Part shown: piece by piece, positions 21,771 through 32,972 of the stretch | Layout: the number at the start of each line of letters is the position of its first letter | Numbering within the stretch: position 1 is the first letter of the stretch | From: an uncultured Actinomycetota bacterium | Lineage (GTDB): Bacteria > Actinomycetota > Actinomycetes > JAHEKZ01 | Length of the DNA: 64,000 nt | Reading direction: 5' to 3' | Assembly (NCBI GenBank): GCA_963718235.1 | Contig: CAVQYR010000001.1 | Span: 704,001-768,000, forward strand | Program-made: the position numbers and the translations under genes | Notes under the pieces: model-generated | Told to the model about the DNA's origin: nothing | Database searches by the model: none | The model's input: the letters and a program-made list of their open reading frames with translations, nothing else

Positions 21771-23393
21771 GTGGGCCATGTCGACGTCAACGGGGTCTCC
21801 TTCGTGCTGCCCGACGGCCGCACGTTGTTCTCAGGCGTGTCGTTCCGGGTCGGCGACGGCGCCACCGTCGCACTCGTCGGCGCCAACGGAGCCGGCAAGA
21901 CCACGTTGATGCGGATCGTGGCCGCAGACGTCGAGCCGACCGAGGGCTCGATCTCACGGTCCGGCGGCCTCGGGGTGATGAGGCAGTTCGTCGGGTCGGT
22001 GCGGGACTCCTCGACGGTGCGTGACCTGCTGCTGTCGGTCGCTCCCGAGCCGATCCGGGCGGCAGCGGCCGAGCACGACGCCGCCGAGCTGCTGATGATG
22101 GAGCACGACGACGAGGCCACCCAGATGCGCTACGCGCAGGCGCTGAGCGACTGGTCCGACGTGCGCGGGTACGACGCCGAGGTGCTCTGGGACACGTGCA
22201 CGGTCGCCGCGCTCGGAGTTCCGTTCGACCGGGCCCAGTACCGCGAGGTGCGCACCCTGTCCGGCGGCGAGCAGAAACGCCTGGTGCTCGAGGCCCTGCT
22301 GCGGGGTCCGGACGAGGTCCTGCTCCTCGACGAGCCGGACAACTACCTCGACGTCCCCGGCAAGCAGTGGCTCGAGGAGCAGCTTCGGGCCACCCCGAAG
22401 ACCGTGCTGCTGGTCTCCCACGACCGCGAGCTGCTCGACCGCGCGGCGACCCGGATCGTCACCGTCGAGGGCGGGACGGCGTGGACCCACGGTGGTGGCT
22501 TCGCCACGTACCACGCGGCCCGACAGGACCGCCACGAGCGGCTCGCCGAGCTGCTGCGCCGCTGGGACGAGGAGCACGAGCGGCTCAAGCAGCTCGTGCG
22601 GACCCTCCAGCAGCAGGCCGCGATCAGCCCGGACATGGCCTCGCGCTACAAGGCGATGCAGACCCGCCTGCGCAAGTACGAGGAGGCCGGGCCCCCGGAG
22701 GCGCCCCCGGTGGCGCAGCAGGTGCGGATGCGGCTCACGGGGGGGCGCACCGGGGTCCGCGCCGTCACCTGCGAGCAGCTCGAGCTGACCGGTCTGATGC
22801 AGCCCTTCGACCTGGAGGTCTTCTACGGCGAGAGGGTCGCCGTGCTGGGCAGCAACGGCTCGGGCAAGAGCCACTTCCTGCGGCTGCTCGCGGCGGGGGA
22901 GCCGGAGCGCGCCACGGTGGCCCACCAGGGCCGCTGGAAGCTCGGCGCCCGCGTCGTCCCGGGCTACTTCGCCCAGACCCATGACCATCCCGAGCTGCTC
23001 GGTCGCACCCTGCTGGACATCCTCTGGGACCAGGCGAGCCTGCAGCGTGGCCCGGCGATCAGCGCCTTGCGCCGCTACGAGCTGCACCAGCAGGCCGAAC
23101 AAGTCTTCGAGACCCTGTCCGGGGGTCAGCAGGCGCGGCTGCAGATCCTGCTCCTGGAGCTGTCGGGGGTCACCTTGCTGCTGCTGGACGAGCCGACGGA
23201 CAACCTCGACCTGGCCAGTGCCGAGGCCCTGGAGGAGGGACTGGCCGGCTTCGACGGCACCGTGCTGGCGGTGACCCATGACCGATGGTTCGCCCGGTCC
23301 TTCGACCGTTACCTCGTCTTCGGCTCCGACGGGCGGGTCGTCGGCTCCGACGTGCCCGTCTGGGACGAGGGCCGCGTCGACCGGGTGCGCTAG
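21771..23393 (+). CDS. ABC-F family ATPase
   Basis: Two NBDs (GANGAGKT, LSGGE, DEPDN; GSNGSGKS, LSGGQ, DEPTD) and no TM domain. Confidence 0.92.
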   Translation: MGHVDVNGVSFVLPDGRTLFSGVSFRVGDGATVALVGANGAGKTTLMRIVAADVEPTEGSISRSGGLGVMRQFVGSVRDSSTVRDLLLSVAPEPIRAAAAEHDAAELLMMEHDDEATQMRYAQALSDWSDVRGYDAEVLWDTCTVAALGVPFDRAQYREVRTLSGGEQKRLVLEALLRGPDEVLLLDEPDNYLDVPGKQWLEEQLRATPKTVLLVSHDRELLDRAATRIVTVEGGTAWTHGGGFATYHAARQDRHERLAELLRRWDEEHERLKQLVRTLQQQAAISPDMASRYKAMQTRLRKYEEAGPPEAPPVAQQVRMRLTGGRTGVRAVTCEQLELTGLMQPFDLEVFYGERVAVLGSNGSGKSHFLRLLAAGEPERATVAHQGRWKLGARVVPGYFAQTHDHPELLGRTLLDILWDQASLQRGPAISALRRYELHQQAEQVFETLSGGQQARLQILLLELSGVTLLLLDEPTDNLDLASAEALEEGLAGFDGTVLAVTHDRWFARSFDRYLVFGSDGRVVGSDVPVWDEGRVDRVR

Positions 23394-24544
23394 TTGTTCT
23401 GTCGGCGGCGCCGAAGCGCCAGCGAGGCCAGCGTCGCCAACCCGAACGCCCCCACGCTCGCGGCGAACGCCACCGTCGGCGAGATCTCGGACAGGACACC
23501 GCCGGCCGCAGCGCCAGCTGACAGACCGATCAGCAGCGAGGTCGTCCCGATCGCGAACGCGTCGGTACGCCGTCCCGGTGGAGCAGAGTCCCCGACGACG
23601 GCGTAGAGGGCGGCCAGCGAGGGCGCCAGCGCCAAGCCGCTGAGGAACAGGGCCGCTCCGAGCACGATGACCCCGAGCGACCAGACGACAGCGACGACCG
23701 CCGTCCCGGCGGCCAACGCCCCGAAGAGCGGGGCCAGCCGGGTCGCCGGTGACATCCGCCACGCCCGCCGTGCGGTCGCGAGCCCACCGACGAGCGAGCC
23801 CAGGCTCCACACGGCCAGCAGGACACCGGCCGCCTTGCGCTGCCCGTCCAGGATCGCCGCCGCTGACACGGCGACCTCGGTCAGCCCCAGCCCGAAGGCC
23901 ATCACCGACATGACGGCCCACGGCAGGGCCATCACCGACACCATCGCCCGCCCCCCGGTCGGGTGCGGGTGGGGCTGCCACAACGGGCGCACGACGCCGG
24001 AGAACACCAGGCCCCCGACGAGGCCCAGCGCTGCGGTGGTGAGCAGGGCGACGCTGGGGTCAGCGATCCCGATCAGGGCGCCGACCAGCGCCGGTCCGGC
24101 GATGAAGACGATCTCCTGGGTGGTGGCGTCGAGGGTGTACATCTCGCCCAGCGCGACCTCGTCGTCGGCGAGGTCCGGCCACAGGGTGCGGGCGACCGAG
24201 GTGATCGGCGCGGCAGCGAGGCCGCCGAGCCCGGCCAGGGTGACCAGTACCCAGGCGAGACCCGTGGGAGCGAACGCCAGGACGGTGATCACCAGGGACT
24301 GGGCGCAGGCGGCGACGGCGACCACGCGCTCGGCCCGCCCACGACCGGCCAGGCGCCCCCAGGCGGTCTGGGCGACCGCGGCCCCCAACCCCCAGGCCCC
24401 GGTGGCCAGACCGGCGGCGGCGAGCGACCCGGTCCGCTGCTGGACGAGGAGCAGGATGGCCAGGGGTGCCATGCCCTGGGGCAGGCGGCCCAGGAGGGAG
24501 GTGAGCAGCACCACCCGCGCCCGCCCCCTCATGGGTGAGCTCAT
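23390..24544 (-). CDS. MFS transporter
   Basis: About 12 hydrophobic segments; motif-A-like GRLAGRGR. Confidence 0.85.
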   Translation of the reverse strand: MSSPMRGRARVVLLTSLLGRLPQGMAPLAILLLVQQRTGSLAAAGLATGAWGLGAAVAQTAWGRLAGRGRAERVVAVAACAQSLVITVLAFAPTGLAWVLVTLAGLGGLAAAPITSVARTLWPDLADDEVALGEMYTLDATTQEIVFIAGPALVGALIGIADPSVALLTTAALGLVGGLVFSGVVRPLWQPHPHPTGGRAMVSVMALPWAVMSVMAFGLGLTEVAVSAAAILDGQRKAAGVLLAVWSLGSLVGGLATARRAWRMSPATRLAPLFGALAAGTAVVAVVWSLGVIVLGAALFLSGLALAPSLAALYAVVGDSAPPGRRTDAFAIGTTSLLIGLSAGAAAGGVLSEISPTVAFAASVGAFGLATLASLALRRRRQNN

Positions 24545-24580
24545 GGGTGAGCACCGTAGCCTCCGGCGACCGAGGGCGTT

Positions 24581-24610
24581 TTGACCCTGGAGCGAACCCA
24601 CGGGTACTCT
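24581..24610 (+). promoter_or_regulatory. rplM-rpsI promoter TTGACC-N18-TACTCT
   Basis: Near-consensus housekeeping-sigma elements. Confidence 0.65.
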
Positions 24611-24699
24611 GGTCAGTCGTTGCGTGCCTGGCCGCCATCACCGGCCAAGCGCCCCTGACCGACCCCACTCCACCTGTGAGACGAGCAAAGGTTTCCCGC

Positions 24700-25143
24700 G
24701 TGCGCACCTACAGCCCGAAGGCCGATGAGGTCAGCCGTGTCTGGTACGTCATCGACGCCCAGGACGTCGTCCTCGGACGGCTGGCGACCCAGGCGGCCAC
24801 GCTGCTGCGCGGAAAGCACAAGCCGGTCTTCGCCCCCCATGTCGACACCGGTGACTTCGTCGTCATCGTCAACGCCGACAAGGTGTCCCTGAGCGGCAAC
24901 AAGCTCACCCAGAAGATGGACTACCGCCACTCCGGTCACCCGGGTGGCCTGCGCGCGACCAGCTACGAAGAGCTGCTGGCGAAGGACCCGCGCCGGGCCG
25001 TGGAGAAGGCCGTGCGGGGGATGCTCCCGCACAACAAGATCGGCCGCCAGCAGATCAAGAAGCTCAAGGTCTACGCCGGACCAGAGCACCCCCACCAGGC
25101 CCAGCAGCCCGCCACCTACGAGATCACCCAGGTCGCGCAGTAG
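24700..25143 (+). CDS. rplM: 50S ribosomal protein L13
   Basis: LGRLA, LRGKHKP, HVDTGD. Confidence 0.98.
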   Translation: MRTYSPKADEVSRVWYVIDAQDVVLGRLATQAATLLRGKHKPVFAPHVDTGDFVVIVNADKVSLSGNKLTQKMDYRHSGHPGGLRATSYEELLAKDPRRAVEKAVRGMLPHNKIGRQQIKKLKVYAGPEHPHQAQQPATYEITQVAQ

Positions 25144-25176
25144 CGCGCCGTCCCCGAAGACAGAGGTTCCGTCGCA

Positions 25177-25716
25177 GTGAGTGACACCGAGACCACCCCG
25201 AACGCCGCCGAGACCGTCGAGACCGAGGTCGTCGAGGTCGACGTCGTCGAGACCGTCGTCGACAGCGAGGGCGAGGGCTACACCACCGAGACCGTGGTGG
25301 CGGTCAGTGCCCCGCGGGAGATCACCATGGCTCCCGGCGCCGCGACCGGACGCCGCAAGGAGGCGATCGCCCGGGTGCGGATCGCCCCCGGCACCGGCCA
25401 GTGGACGATCAACGGGCGGGCGCTGGATGTCTACTTCCCGAACAAGGTCCACCAGCAGCTGGTCAACGACCCGTTCACGATCCTCGACCTCGACGGCCGC
25501 TACGACGTCATCGCCCGGATCGAGGGTGGTGGCACCTCGGGCCAGGCGGGTGCGCTCCGGCTCGGCATCGCCCGCGCGCTGAACAGCATCGACCTCGAGG
25601 CCAACCGCCCCGAGCTGAAGAAGGCCGGCTTCCTCAGCCGCGACGCCCGGGTCAAGGAGCGCCGCAAGGCCGGTCTCAAGAAGGCCCGCAAGGCGCCGCA
25701 GTACAGCAAGCGCTGA
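25177..25716 (+). CDS. rpsI: 30S ribosomal protein S9
   Basis: [21 protein letters not shown]. Confidence 0.98.
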   Translation: MSDTETTPNAAETVETEVVEVDVVETVVDSEGEGYTTETVVAVSAPREITMAPGAATGRRKEAIARVRIAPGTGQWTINGRALDVYFPNKVHQQLVNDPFTILDLDGRYDVIARIEGGGTSGQAGALRLGIARALNSIDLEANRPELKKAGFLSRDARVKERRKAGLKKARKAPQYSKR

Positions 25717-25721
25717 GCCCG

Positions 25722-27062
25722 TTGGGACGCCTCTTCGGCACCGACGGTGTGCGGGGGCTCGCCAACTCCGATCTCACCGCCGAGCTGGCGCTCGACCTGG
25801 CGGTCGCCGCTGCGCACGTGCTTGCCGATGCAGGCGTCTTCGCCGGACACCGTCCGCTGGCCGTCGTCGGACGTGACCCTCGGGCCTCGGGGGAGTTCCT
25901 GGAGGCTGCGGTCGTCGCCGGCCTGGCCAGCGCAGGCGTCGACGTCGTGCGGCTCGGTGTCGTGCCGACGCCCGGGGTTGCCCACCTCACTGCAGCGATG
26001 GAGGCCGACCTCGGCGTCATGCTGTCCGCGTCGCACAACGCGATGCCCGACAACGGGATCAAGTTCTTCGCCCGCGGTGGGCACAAGCTGCCGGACACGA
26101 TCGAGGACGCCGTCGAGGCCCGGATGCGCGAGCCGTGGCAGCGCCCGACCGGCCACGCCGTCGGGCGGGTCCGTGACGACGCAGGGGCCGTCGACGCCTA
26201 CGTCTCCTACCTGGTGGGCACACTGCCGCACCGTCTCGACGGTCTTCGGGTCGTCGTCGACTGCGCCAACGGGGCCGCCTCCTTCGCAGCTCCCGACGCG
26301 TTGCGCCGCGCCGGCGCCGAGGTGGTCGCGATCCACGCCGCACCTGACGGGTGGAACATCAACGAGGCCTGTGGGTCGACCCACCTGGAGTCGTTGCAGC
26401 AGGCGGTCGTCGAGCACGGTGCGCACGCCGGCGTCGCGCATGACGGCGACGCCGACCGCTGTCTGGCCGTCGACCACGAGGGGCGCGTCGTCGACGGTGA
26501 CCAGCTGCTGGCGATCCTGGCCCTGGCACTGCGCGACACCGGCTCCCTCGTCGATGACACGGTCGTCGGGACGGTGATGGCCAACCTCGGGTTCCGACAG
26601 GCGATGACCCGCAGCGGGGTGTCCGTCGTGGAGACCGCGGTGGGCGACCGCTACGTGCTCGAGGCGATGAGGGCCGGCGGGTACACCCTGGGTGGCGAGC
26701 AGTCCGGCCACGTCATCATGCTCGACCACGCGACGACCGGAGACGGCCTGCTCACCGCGCTCCACGTCTTGTCGCGGGTCGCGGCCACGCATCGGCCACT
26801 GGCCGAGCTCGCTGCGGTGATGGTCCGCCTGCCGCAGGTGCTGGTCAACGTCGACGACGTCGACAAGAACCGGGTCGACGACCCGGTTCTCGTCTCGGCC
26901 GTGGTGGACGCGGAGTCCGAGCTCGGTGACTCCGGACGGGTGCTGTTGCGCCCCAGCGGAACCGAGCCGCTGGTGCGGGTCATGGTCGAGGCGCCCACCG
27001 AGGGTCAGGCCCGCAGCGTGGCCGACCAGCTCGCCGCCGTCGTCCGCTCGGTCCTGCGCTGA
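25722..27062 (+). CDS. glmM: Phosphoglucosamine mutase
   Basis: [26 protein letters not shown]; TTG start inferred. Confidence 0.96.
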   Translation: MGRLFGTDGVRGLANSDLTAELALDLAVAAAHVLADAGVFAGHRPLAVVGRDPRASGEFLEAAVVAGLASAGVDVVRLGVVPTPGVAHLTAAMEADLGVMLSASHNAMPDNGIKFFARGGHKLPDTIEDAVEARMREPWQRPTGHAVGRVRDDAGAVDAYVSYLVGTLPHRLDGLRVVVDCANGAASFAAPDALRRAGAEVVAIHAAPDGWNINEACGSTHLESLQQAVVEHGAHAGVAHDGDADRCLAVDHEGRVVDGDQLLAILALALRDTGSLVDDTVVGTVMANLGFRQAMTRSGVSVVETAVGDRYVLEAMRAGGYTLGGEQSGHVIMLDHATTGDGLLTALHVLSRVAATHRPLAELAAVMVRLPQVLVNVDDVDKNRVDDPVLVSAVVDAESELGDSGRVLLRPSGTEPLVRVMVEAPTEGQARSVADQLAAVVRSVLR

Positions 27063-27091
27063 CCCACGCTCCGGGCACCTAGGGTGGGGTC

Positions 27092-28939
27092 ATGTGCGGA
27101 ATCGTGGGGTACGTCGGCCCGCTGCCGGCGGTCGACGTGGTCCTGGAGGGTCTGCGGCGCCTGGAGTACCGCGGCTACGACTCGGCCGGGATCGCGGTGG
27201 TCGCCGGCGACGCCCTGCAGATGCGCAAGCGAGCGGGCAAGCTCGCCAACCTCGAGAAGGCCCTGGCCGAGAACCCGCTGCCTTCGACCGGCGTCGGCAT
27301 GGGCCACACCCGGTGGGCCACCCACGGAGCCCCCAACGACCGCAACGCACATCCCCACCTCGACGAGCAGCAGCGGGTGGCGGTGGTCCACAACGGGATC
27401 ATCGAGAACTTCGCCGGTCTTCGGGCCGAGCTCGAGAGCAGCGGTCTGGAGATGCGCTCCGACACCGACACCGAGGTCGTCGCCCACCTGCTCTCGGCCA
27501 GCTTCGCGCGGACGGGTGACCTGGCCGAGTCGATGCGCGAGGTGTGCCGCCGACTCCAGGGAGCGTTCACCCTCGTCGCCGTCCACGCCGACGCCCCGGA
27601 CGTGGTCGTCGGCGCTCGTCGCAACTCTCCCTTGGTCGTGGGTATCGGCGAGGGCGAGAACTTCCTCGGGAGTGACGTCTCGGCCTTCATCGCGCACACG
27701 CGGGAGGCCGTCGAGCTCGGACAGGACCAGGTCGTGGAGCTCCGCGCCGACTCGATCACGGTGACGACCTTCGACGGAGCCCCCGCGCAGGTCCGCCCGT
27801 ACACCGTCGACTGGGACGCGTCCGCCGCCGAGAAGGGCGGGTACGAGTACTTCATGCTCAAGGAGATCAACGAGCAGCCCAAGGCGGTCTCCGACACGCT
27901 TCTCGGTCGACTCGGCGTCGACGGGCGGCTGCACCTCGACGAGATGCGCCTGTCCGACGGCGAGCTGCGTGAGGTCGACAAGGTCGTCGTCATCGCGTGC
28001 GGCACGGCCTACCACTCGGGCCTGCTCGCCAAGTACGCCATCGAGCACTGGACCCGGCTGCCGGTCGAGGTCGAGATCGCCAGCGAGTTCCGCTACCGCG
28101 ACCCGATCCTCACCCGACACACGCTGGTCATCGCCATCTCCCAGTCAGGGGAGACGATGGACACCCTGATGGCCCTGCGCCACGCGCGCGAGCAGGGCTC
28201 GCGCGTCCTGGCCATCTGCAACGTGAACGGGTCGACCATTCCGCGCGAGTCCGACGCGGTGGTCTACACCTACGCGGGTCCTGAGGTGGCCGTCGCCTCG
28301 ACCAAGGCCTTCTTGACCCAGGTCGTGGCCGTGCAGCTCGTGGCGCTCTACCTGGCCCAGGTGCGGGGGACCATGTGGGGCGACGAGATCGCCTCGCACA
28401 TCGATGAGCTCGCGCAGATGCCGGGAAAGGTCGACGAGGTGCTCGACACCGTCGAGCCGGTGCGGGCGCTGGCACGCTCGATGGTCGATGCCACATCGGT
28501 GCTCTTCCTCGGACGCCATGTGGGCTACCCGGTCGCCCTGGAGGGCGCACTCAAGCTGAAGGAGCTCGCCTACATGCACGCCGAGGGGTTCCCGGCCGGT
28601 GAGCTGAAGCACGGTCCGATCGCCCTGATCGAGGAGGGTGTCCCGGTCGTCGTCGTGGTGCCGCCGCGACGGGGCCGGGCGGTGCTGCACGACAAGATCG
28701 TGAGCAACATCCAGGAGGTCCGCGCGCGCGGCGCCAAGACGATCGTCGTTGCCGAGGTCGGGGACGACACGGTGCAGCCGTATGCCGACGTCTTCATCGG
28801 TGTGCCGTCGGTTCCGACCCTCCTGCAGCCACTCGTGTCGACCGTCCCCCTTCAGGTCTTCGCCTGCGAGCTCGCCGCGGCGAAGGGGTTCGACGTCGAC
28901 CAACCACGCAACCTGGCGAAGTCGGTCACCGTCGAGTAG
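27092..28939 (+). CDS. glmS: Glutamine--fructose-6-phosphate transaminase
   Basis: MCGIVG, GHTRWATHG, PRNLAKSVTVE; probably leaderless (TAGGGT +6 nt). Confidence 0.99.
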   Translation: MCGIVGYVGPLPAVDVVLEGLRRLEYRGYDSAGIAVVAGDALQMRKRAGKLANLEKALAENPLPSTGVGMGHTRWATHGAPNDRNAHPHLDEQQRVAVVHNGIIENFAGLRAELESSGLEMRSDTDTEVVAHLLSASFARTGDLAESMREVCRRLQGAFTLVAVHADAPDVVVGARRNSPLVVGIGEGENFLGSDVSAFIAHTREAVELGQDQVVELRADSITVTTFDGAPAQVRPYTVDWDASAAEKGGYEYFMLKEINEQPKAVSDTLLGRLGVDGRLHLDEMRLSDGELREVDKVVVIACGTAYHSGLLAKYAIEHWTRLPVEVEIASEFRYRDPILTRHTLVIAISQSGETMDTLMALRHAREQGSRVLAICNVNGSTIPRESDAVVYTYAGPEVAVASTKAFLTQVVAVQLVALYLAQVRGTMWGDEIASHIDELAQMPGKVDEVLDTVEPVRALARSMVDATSVLFLGRHVGYPVALEGALKLKELAYMHAEGFPAGELKHGPIALIEEGVPVVVVVPPRRGRAVLHDKIVSNIQEVRARGAKTIVVAEVGDDTVQPYADVFIGVPSVPTLLQPLVSTVPLQVFACELAAAKGFDVDQPRNLAKSVTVE

Positions 28940-28953
28940 GGGTCCGAGGACAG

Positions 28954-29961
28954 TCAGCTGGACGCCGGTGGCGTCGTCTGCAACGCCAGGCGTGCGACGA
29001 GCTCGGCGCCGTCGGTCTCGCCGGTCTCGGTGAACCCGAGGGAGGCGTACAGCCCGCGCGCCACCGTGTTGGCCGGGTCGTAGCTCAGCGCCACCGAAGG
29101 CCTGGACCCCGACCTGGCGCGTCCGACCAGCGCCTCGACGGTCGCGCGTCCGATCCCACGCCCTTGCGAGGCTGCGTCGACCACGAGACCGCCGATCCAG
29201 TACGAGTCGTCGGCCGGGTCGACCGCCTCCATCGCGAACCCGACGACGCCACCCTCGGCCTGGACGGCGAGGGGCCGCCACGGCCCGGCGTCATAGGCGC
29301 ACATCGCCAGGTACCGGGTCACTGGCGCCACGAAGGCCCGCTGCTCGTCGTGCACGTCGAGCTCGGCCACGGACCGCCAGTTGTCCGAGGTCACGTCGGT
29401 GACCGTCACCACGGCCACCCGCCCCCTGTGCGTGGACCCGGGCCGGGACTCGCGCGGCTCGGGGTCGACGACGTACTCCATGAGCAGTCCGTCGAGCCAG
29501 GTCCCGCGCGTGGGGTGGTACTGGTAGCAGCGCATCACGCCGACCTCCCGGAAGCCGCAGCGTCGGTAGCATGCGATCGCGCGCGTGTTGCTCGCCGCCG
29601 GGTCGATCACGACGCGGTGGTGCCCGACCCCGCGGACCAGGTGCTCGAGCAGCGTGGTCACCGTCTCCTGTCCCAGCCCTTGCCCGTGGTACTGCTCGGC
29701 GAGGAAGAGGTCGATGCCGGCATGACGGAACTCGGAGTTGTCGCTGTCGTACCACTGGACGAACCCGGCGACCTGGCCGTCCACGTGCACGGTGTAGCTG
29801 TGCACTCCCGCCTCGCCGAGCGGCCACGCGTCGTCCTTGGGCTCGTCCCACCACATAGCGACGACGGGGGAGCTGCGGATGGCTCGCACTGCGGCTCGGT
29901 CGGTGTCGGTGACCGGCCGGAGCAGGACCCGTTGCCCACGCAGCTCCTCGTCGACCGTCAT
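28954..29961 (-). CDS. Tandem GNAT acetyltransferase (two GNAT domains)
   Basis: Two acetyl-CoA loops (HGQGLG, QGRGIG), each followed by an N..A...Y...GF motif. Confidence 0.85.
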   Translation of the reverse strand: MTVDEELRGQRVLLRPVTDTDRAAVRAIRSSPVVAMWWDEPKDDAWPLGEAGVHSYTVHVDGQVAGFVQWYDSDNSEFRHAGIDLFLAEQYHGQGLGQETVTTLLEHLVRGVGHHRVVIDPAASNTRAIACYRRCGFREVGVMRCYQYHPTRGTWLDGLLMEYVVDPEPRESRPGSTHRGRVAVVTVTDVTSDNWRSVAELDVHDEQRAFVAPVTRYLAMCAYDAGPWRPLAVQAEGGVVGFAMEAVDPADDSYWIGGLVVDAASQGRGIGRATVEALVGRARSGSRPSVALSYDPANTVARGLYASLGFTETGETDGAELVARLALQTTPPASS

Positions 29962-29979
29962 GACTGACAGGATGCCCCC

Positions 29980-30357
29980 ATGATCGTGGGGATCGGTATC
30001 GATGTGGTCGATGTGGCCAGGTTCGGGGCCACGCTCGAGCGGACCCCCCGGCTGCGGGACCGGCTCTTCGCCGTCGACGAGCGGCAGCTGCCTCTGGCCT
30101 CCCTGGCGGCGCGGTTCGCGGCCAAGGAGGCGATGGCCAAGGCCCTGGGTGCCCCGGTCGGCCTGCACTGGCACGACTGTCGGATCGTCAACGCTGACGG
30201 CGGGCGCCCACACCTGGTGCTGACCGGCACCGTCGCGGCAGCGGCCAGCAGGCTGGGGGCGACGTCGTACCACCTGTCGCTCAGCCACGACGCCGGAATC
30301 GCCTCGGCGGTCGTGGTCGCCGAGTCCGAAGGGGGCAGCCGTGCGCCCGGCTCATGA
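29980..30357 (+). CDS. acpS: Holo-ACP synthase
   Basis: GIGIDVV, RFAAKEA, SLSHD. Confidence 0.95.
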   Translation: MIVGIGIDVVDVARFGATLERTPRLRDRLFAVDERQLPLASLAARFAAKEAMAKALGAPVGLHWHDCRIVNADGGRPHLVLTGTVAAAASRLGATSYHLSLSHDAGIASAVVVAESEGGSRAPGS

Positions 30358-31810
30358 CGTCGCGGCCGTGCGGGCCGCCGAGGCCGGCCTGATGGCCCAG
30401 GTCCCCGGCAGCGTCCTGATGGACCGTGCGGCGACCGGGCTGGCTCGGACCTGCGCTGCCGCCCTGGCCGGCACGGGTGGCGTTTACGGCTCGCGCGTCG
30501 CCGTGCTCGTGGGCGGCGGCAACAACGGCGGCGACGCCCTGTTCGCGGCAGCAGCCCTGGCCGGTCGAGGGGCCAAGGTCGTCGCCCTGCCCGTTGCCGA
30601 CCAGGTTCACGAGCCTGGCCGCCGGGCACTGCTCGCGGCGGGGGGTCGTCTGGTGACCGACGCGATCGAGCAGGACGAGGCAGTGGCCGGCGCGGACCTC
30701 GTGCTCGACGGGATGCTGGGGATCGGAGGGCATGGGGGCCTTCGAGGGCGGGCCGCCGACCTGGCCGAGGCGGCGTCGTCGTCGTCGGCGGTGGTGGTGG
30801 CGGCCGACCTGCCGAGCGGTGTCGAAGCCGACACCGGGGCGGTCCCCGGTGTGGCCGTCTGGGCCGACCTCACCGTGACCTTCGGCACCCTCAAGCCCGG
30901 TCTCCTCCTGACACCGGCAGCGCTGCACGTCGGCCTGCTCGAGCTGGTCGACATCGGCCTGCGCCCCTTCCTGCCCGAGGCGGCGGTGCACGAGCTGGAC
31001 GCCGACGACGTGGTCTCGCTGTGGCCGTCACCACACCCCAACGACGACAAGTACTCCCAGGGCGTGGTCGGGATCGCGGCCGGGTCGGCGCGCTACCCGG
31101 GCGCCGCCGTGCTTGCGGTGGCCGGGGCCGCCCACGCCAGGGCCGGACTCGTGCGCTATGCCGGACCGGTCGCCGAGGAGGTCGTACGGGCCTGGCCGCA
31201 GGTGGTGGTCTTCGACGGGCTGCCGTCGCAGGCCGGCCAGGTGCAGGCGTGGGTGGTCGGGCCGGGGATCGGCGTCGACGCGGCGGCCGAGCAGCGCGTC
31301 GACGACGCCCTCGCCCAGCCGGTGCCGCTCCTCGTCGACGCAGACGGCCTGACCGTGCTCGCCCAGCGGCTCGCCGGCGACCCCGACCTGCTGCGGGCGC
31401 GGCCCGCCGCCACCGTGCTGACCCCGCACGCGGGAGAGCTGGCCCGGCTCGCACCCGACCTGGACCCCCAGGGCGACCGCCTGGCCGCTGCGCGCGCGCT
31501 CGCCTCGCGCACCGGCGCCACAGTGCTGCTCAAGGGCTTCACCACGGTGGTCGCAGAGCCGGAGGGGTCCGTGGTCGTCAATGCCACGGGCACACCGTGG
31601 CTGGCCGAGGGCGGTACCGGAGACGTGCTCGCCGGCGTCGTCGGGAGCCTGCTGGCGGCCGGGCTCGACCCGTTGGCCGCCGCCGCTGCGGCCGCGTTCG
31701 TCCACGGTCTCGCCGGACGGGTCGCGTCCGACGGAGCCGCGACGACTCCGCTCGCCGTGGCGGCCGCCCTGCCGACGGCCGTGCGCATGCTCCGCACGTC
31801 TGCGAGGTGA
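30341..31810 (+). CDS. nnr: Bifunctional NAD(P)HX epimerase/dehydratase
   Basis: [26 protein letters not shown]. Confidence 0.92.
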   Translation: MRPAHDVAAVRAAEAGLMAQVPGSVLMDRAATGLARTCAAALAGTGGVYGSRVAVLVGGGNNGGDALFAAAALAGRGAKVVALPVADQVHEPGRRALLAAGGRLVTDAIEQDEAVAGADLVLDGMLGIGGHGGLRGRAADLAEAASSSSAVVVAADLPSGVEADTGAVPGVAVWADLTVTFGTLKPGLLLTPAALHVGLLELVDIGLRPFLPEAAVHELDADDVVSLWPSPHPNDDKYSQGVVGIAAGSARYPGAAVLAVAGAAHARAGLVRYAGPVAEEVVRAWPQVVVFDGLPSQAGQVQAWVVGPGIGVDAAAEQRVDDALAQPVPLLVDADGLTVLAQRLAGDPDLLRARPAATVLTPHAGELARLAPDLDPQGDRLAAARALASRTGATVLLKGFTTVVAEPEGSVVVNATGTPWLAEGGTGDVLAGVVGSLLAAGLDPLAAAAAAAFVHGLAGRVASDGAATTPLAVAAALPTAVRMLRTSAR

Positions 31811-31823
31811 AAGACTCACCGAC

Positions 31824-32972
31824 GTGAGTGAGCACGTGCGTGAGGCGGTCATCGACCTGGACGCCGTGCGTGACAACACCGCCGAGCTCACCCGTCGGGC
31901 GAACCGGGCCGGCGTGATGGCCGTGGTCAAGGCCGACGCCTACGGGCACGGACTCGTCCCGTGTGCCCGAGCGGCGGTCAGCGGAGGTGCCTCGTGGCTC
32001 GGCGTGGCGCTCACCGAGGAGGCGCTGGCGCTGCGGGCGGCGGGGCTTCGGACGCCGATCCTGGCCTGGCTGACCGGCCCCGGCGAGGACTACCAGTCGA
32101 CCCTCGAGGCGTCAGTCGACCTGTCGGTCAACGACGTGGCGTCGCTGGCGGCCGTCGTCGCTGCTGCCACCGCCACCGGACGGACCGCGCGGGTGCACCT
32201 CAAGCTCGACAGCGGGCTCGGTCGAGCCGGCTGTCCGGTCTCCGAGTGGTCCGAGCTGGTCGGCGCGGCCCGCCGGGCCGAAGTCGACGGGTCGGCCACG
32301 GTCGTCGGGGTGTGGTCTCACCTGGCGTACGCCGATGCACCGGGGCACCCGACGATCGACCGGCAGATCACGACCTTCCGCGAAGCGCTGTCGGTCGCCG
32401 AGGCGGGTGGGCTGGCACCGGAGGTCCGTCACCTGGCCAACTCCGCCGCCACCTTGACCCGGCCCGACGCGCTGTTCGACCTGGCCCGGCCCGGGCTCGC
32501 GGTGTACGGGCTCTCGCCGGTCCCGAGCGAAGCGACGCCGGCCCAGCTCGGTCTGCGGCCCGCGATGACCCTGCACGCACGATTCACCCTGGTGAAGGAC
32601 GTCCCCGCGGGTCACGGGGTCTCCTACCAGCACCAGTACGTCACGGCGCGGCCGACGTCGCTGGGCCTTCTGCCCGTCGGCTACGCCGACGGGATCCCCC
32701 GCAACGCCACCAACGTCGGTCCACTGCTCGCGGCGGGACGTCGTCGCACGATCGCGGGCACCGTGTGCATGGACCAGGTGGTCGTCGACCTCGAGGGTGA
32801 CCGCTGCGTGCCAGGCGACCTCGCTGTGCTCTTCGGGCCCGGCGATGACGGCGAGCCGACGGCGCAGGACTGGGCCGAGGCCACGGGCACGATCTCCTAC
32901 GAGATCGTGACCAGGATCGGTCCCAGGGTGCGCCGTCGCTACCTGGGCGGCGAGGAGCCGGGTCGTGGCTGA
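31824..32972 (+). CDS. alr: Alanine racemase
   Basis: AVVKADAYGHG, GYADG, CMDQ. Confidence 0.97.
   Translation: MSEHVREAVIDLDAVRDNTAELTRRANRAGVMAVVKADAYGHGLVPCARAAVSGGASWLGVALTEEALALRAAGLRTPILAWLTGPGEDYQSTLEASVDLSVNDVASLAAVVAAATATGRTARVHLKLDSGLGRAGCPVSEWSELVGAARRAEVDGSATVVGVWSHLAYADAPGHPTIDRQITTFREALSVAEAGGLAPEVRHLANSAATLTRPDALFDLARPGLAVYGLSPVPSEATPAQLGLRPAMTLHARFTLVKDVPAGHGVSYQHQYVTARPTSLGLLPVGYADGIPRNATNVGPLLAAGRRRTIAGTVCMDQVVVDLEGDRCVPGDLAVLFGPGDDGEPTAQDWAEATGTISYEIVTRIGPRVRRRYLGGEEPGRG

Noticed and set aside
21771-23393. Antibiotic-resistance (ARE) ABC-F
   Set aside because: Subfamily cannot be assigned by eye; no leader peptide or resistance context seen.
27063-27091. glmS ribozyme
   Set aside because: Only 29 nt lie between glmM and glmS, and the gene looks leaderless.
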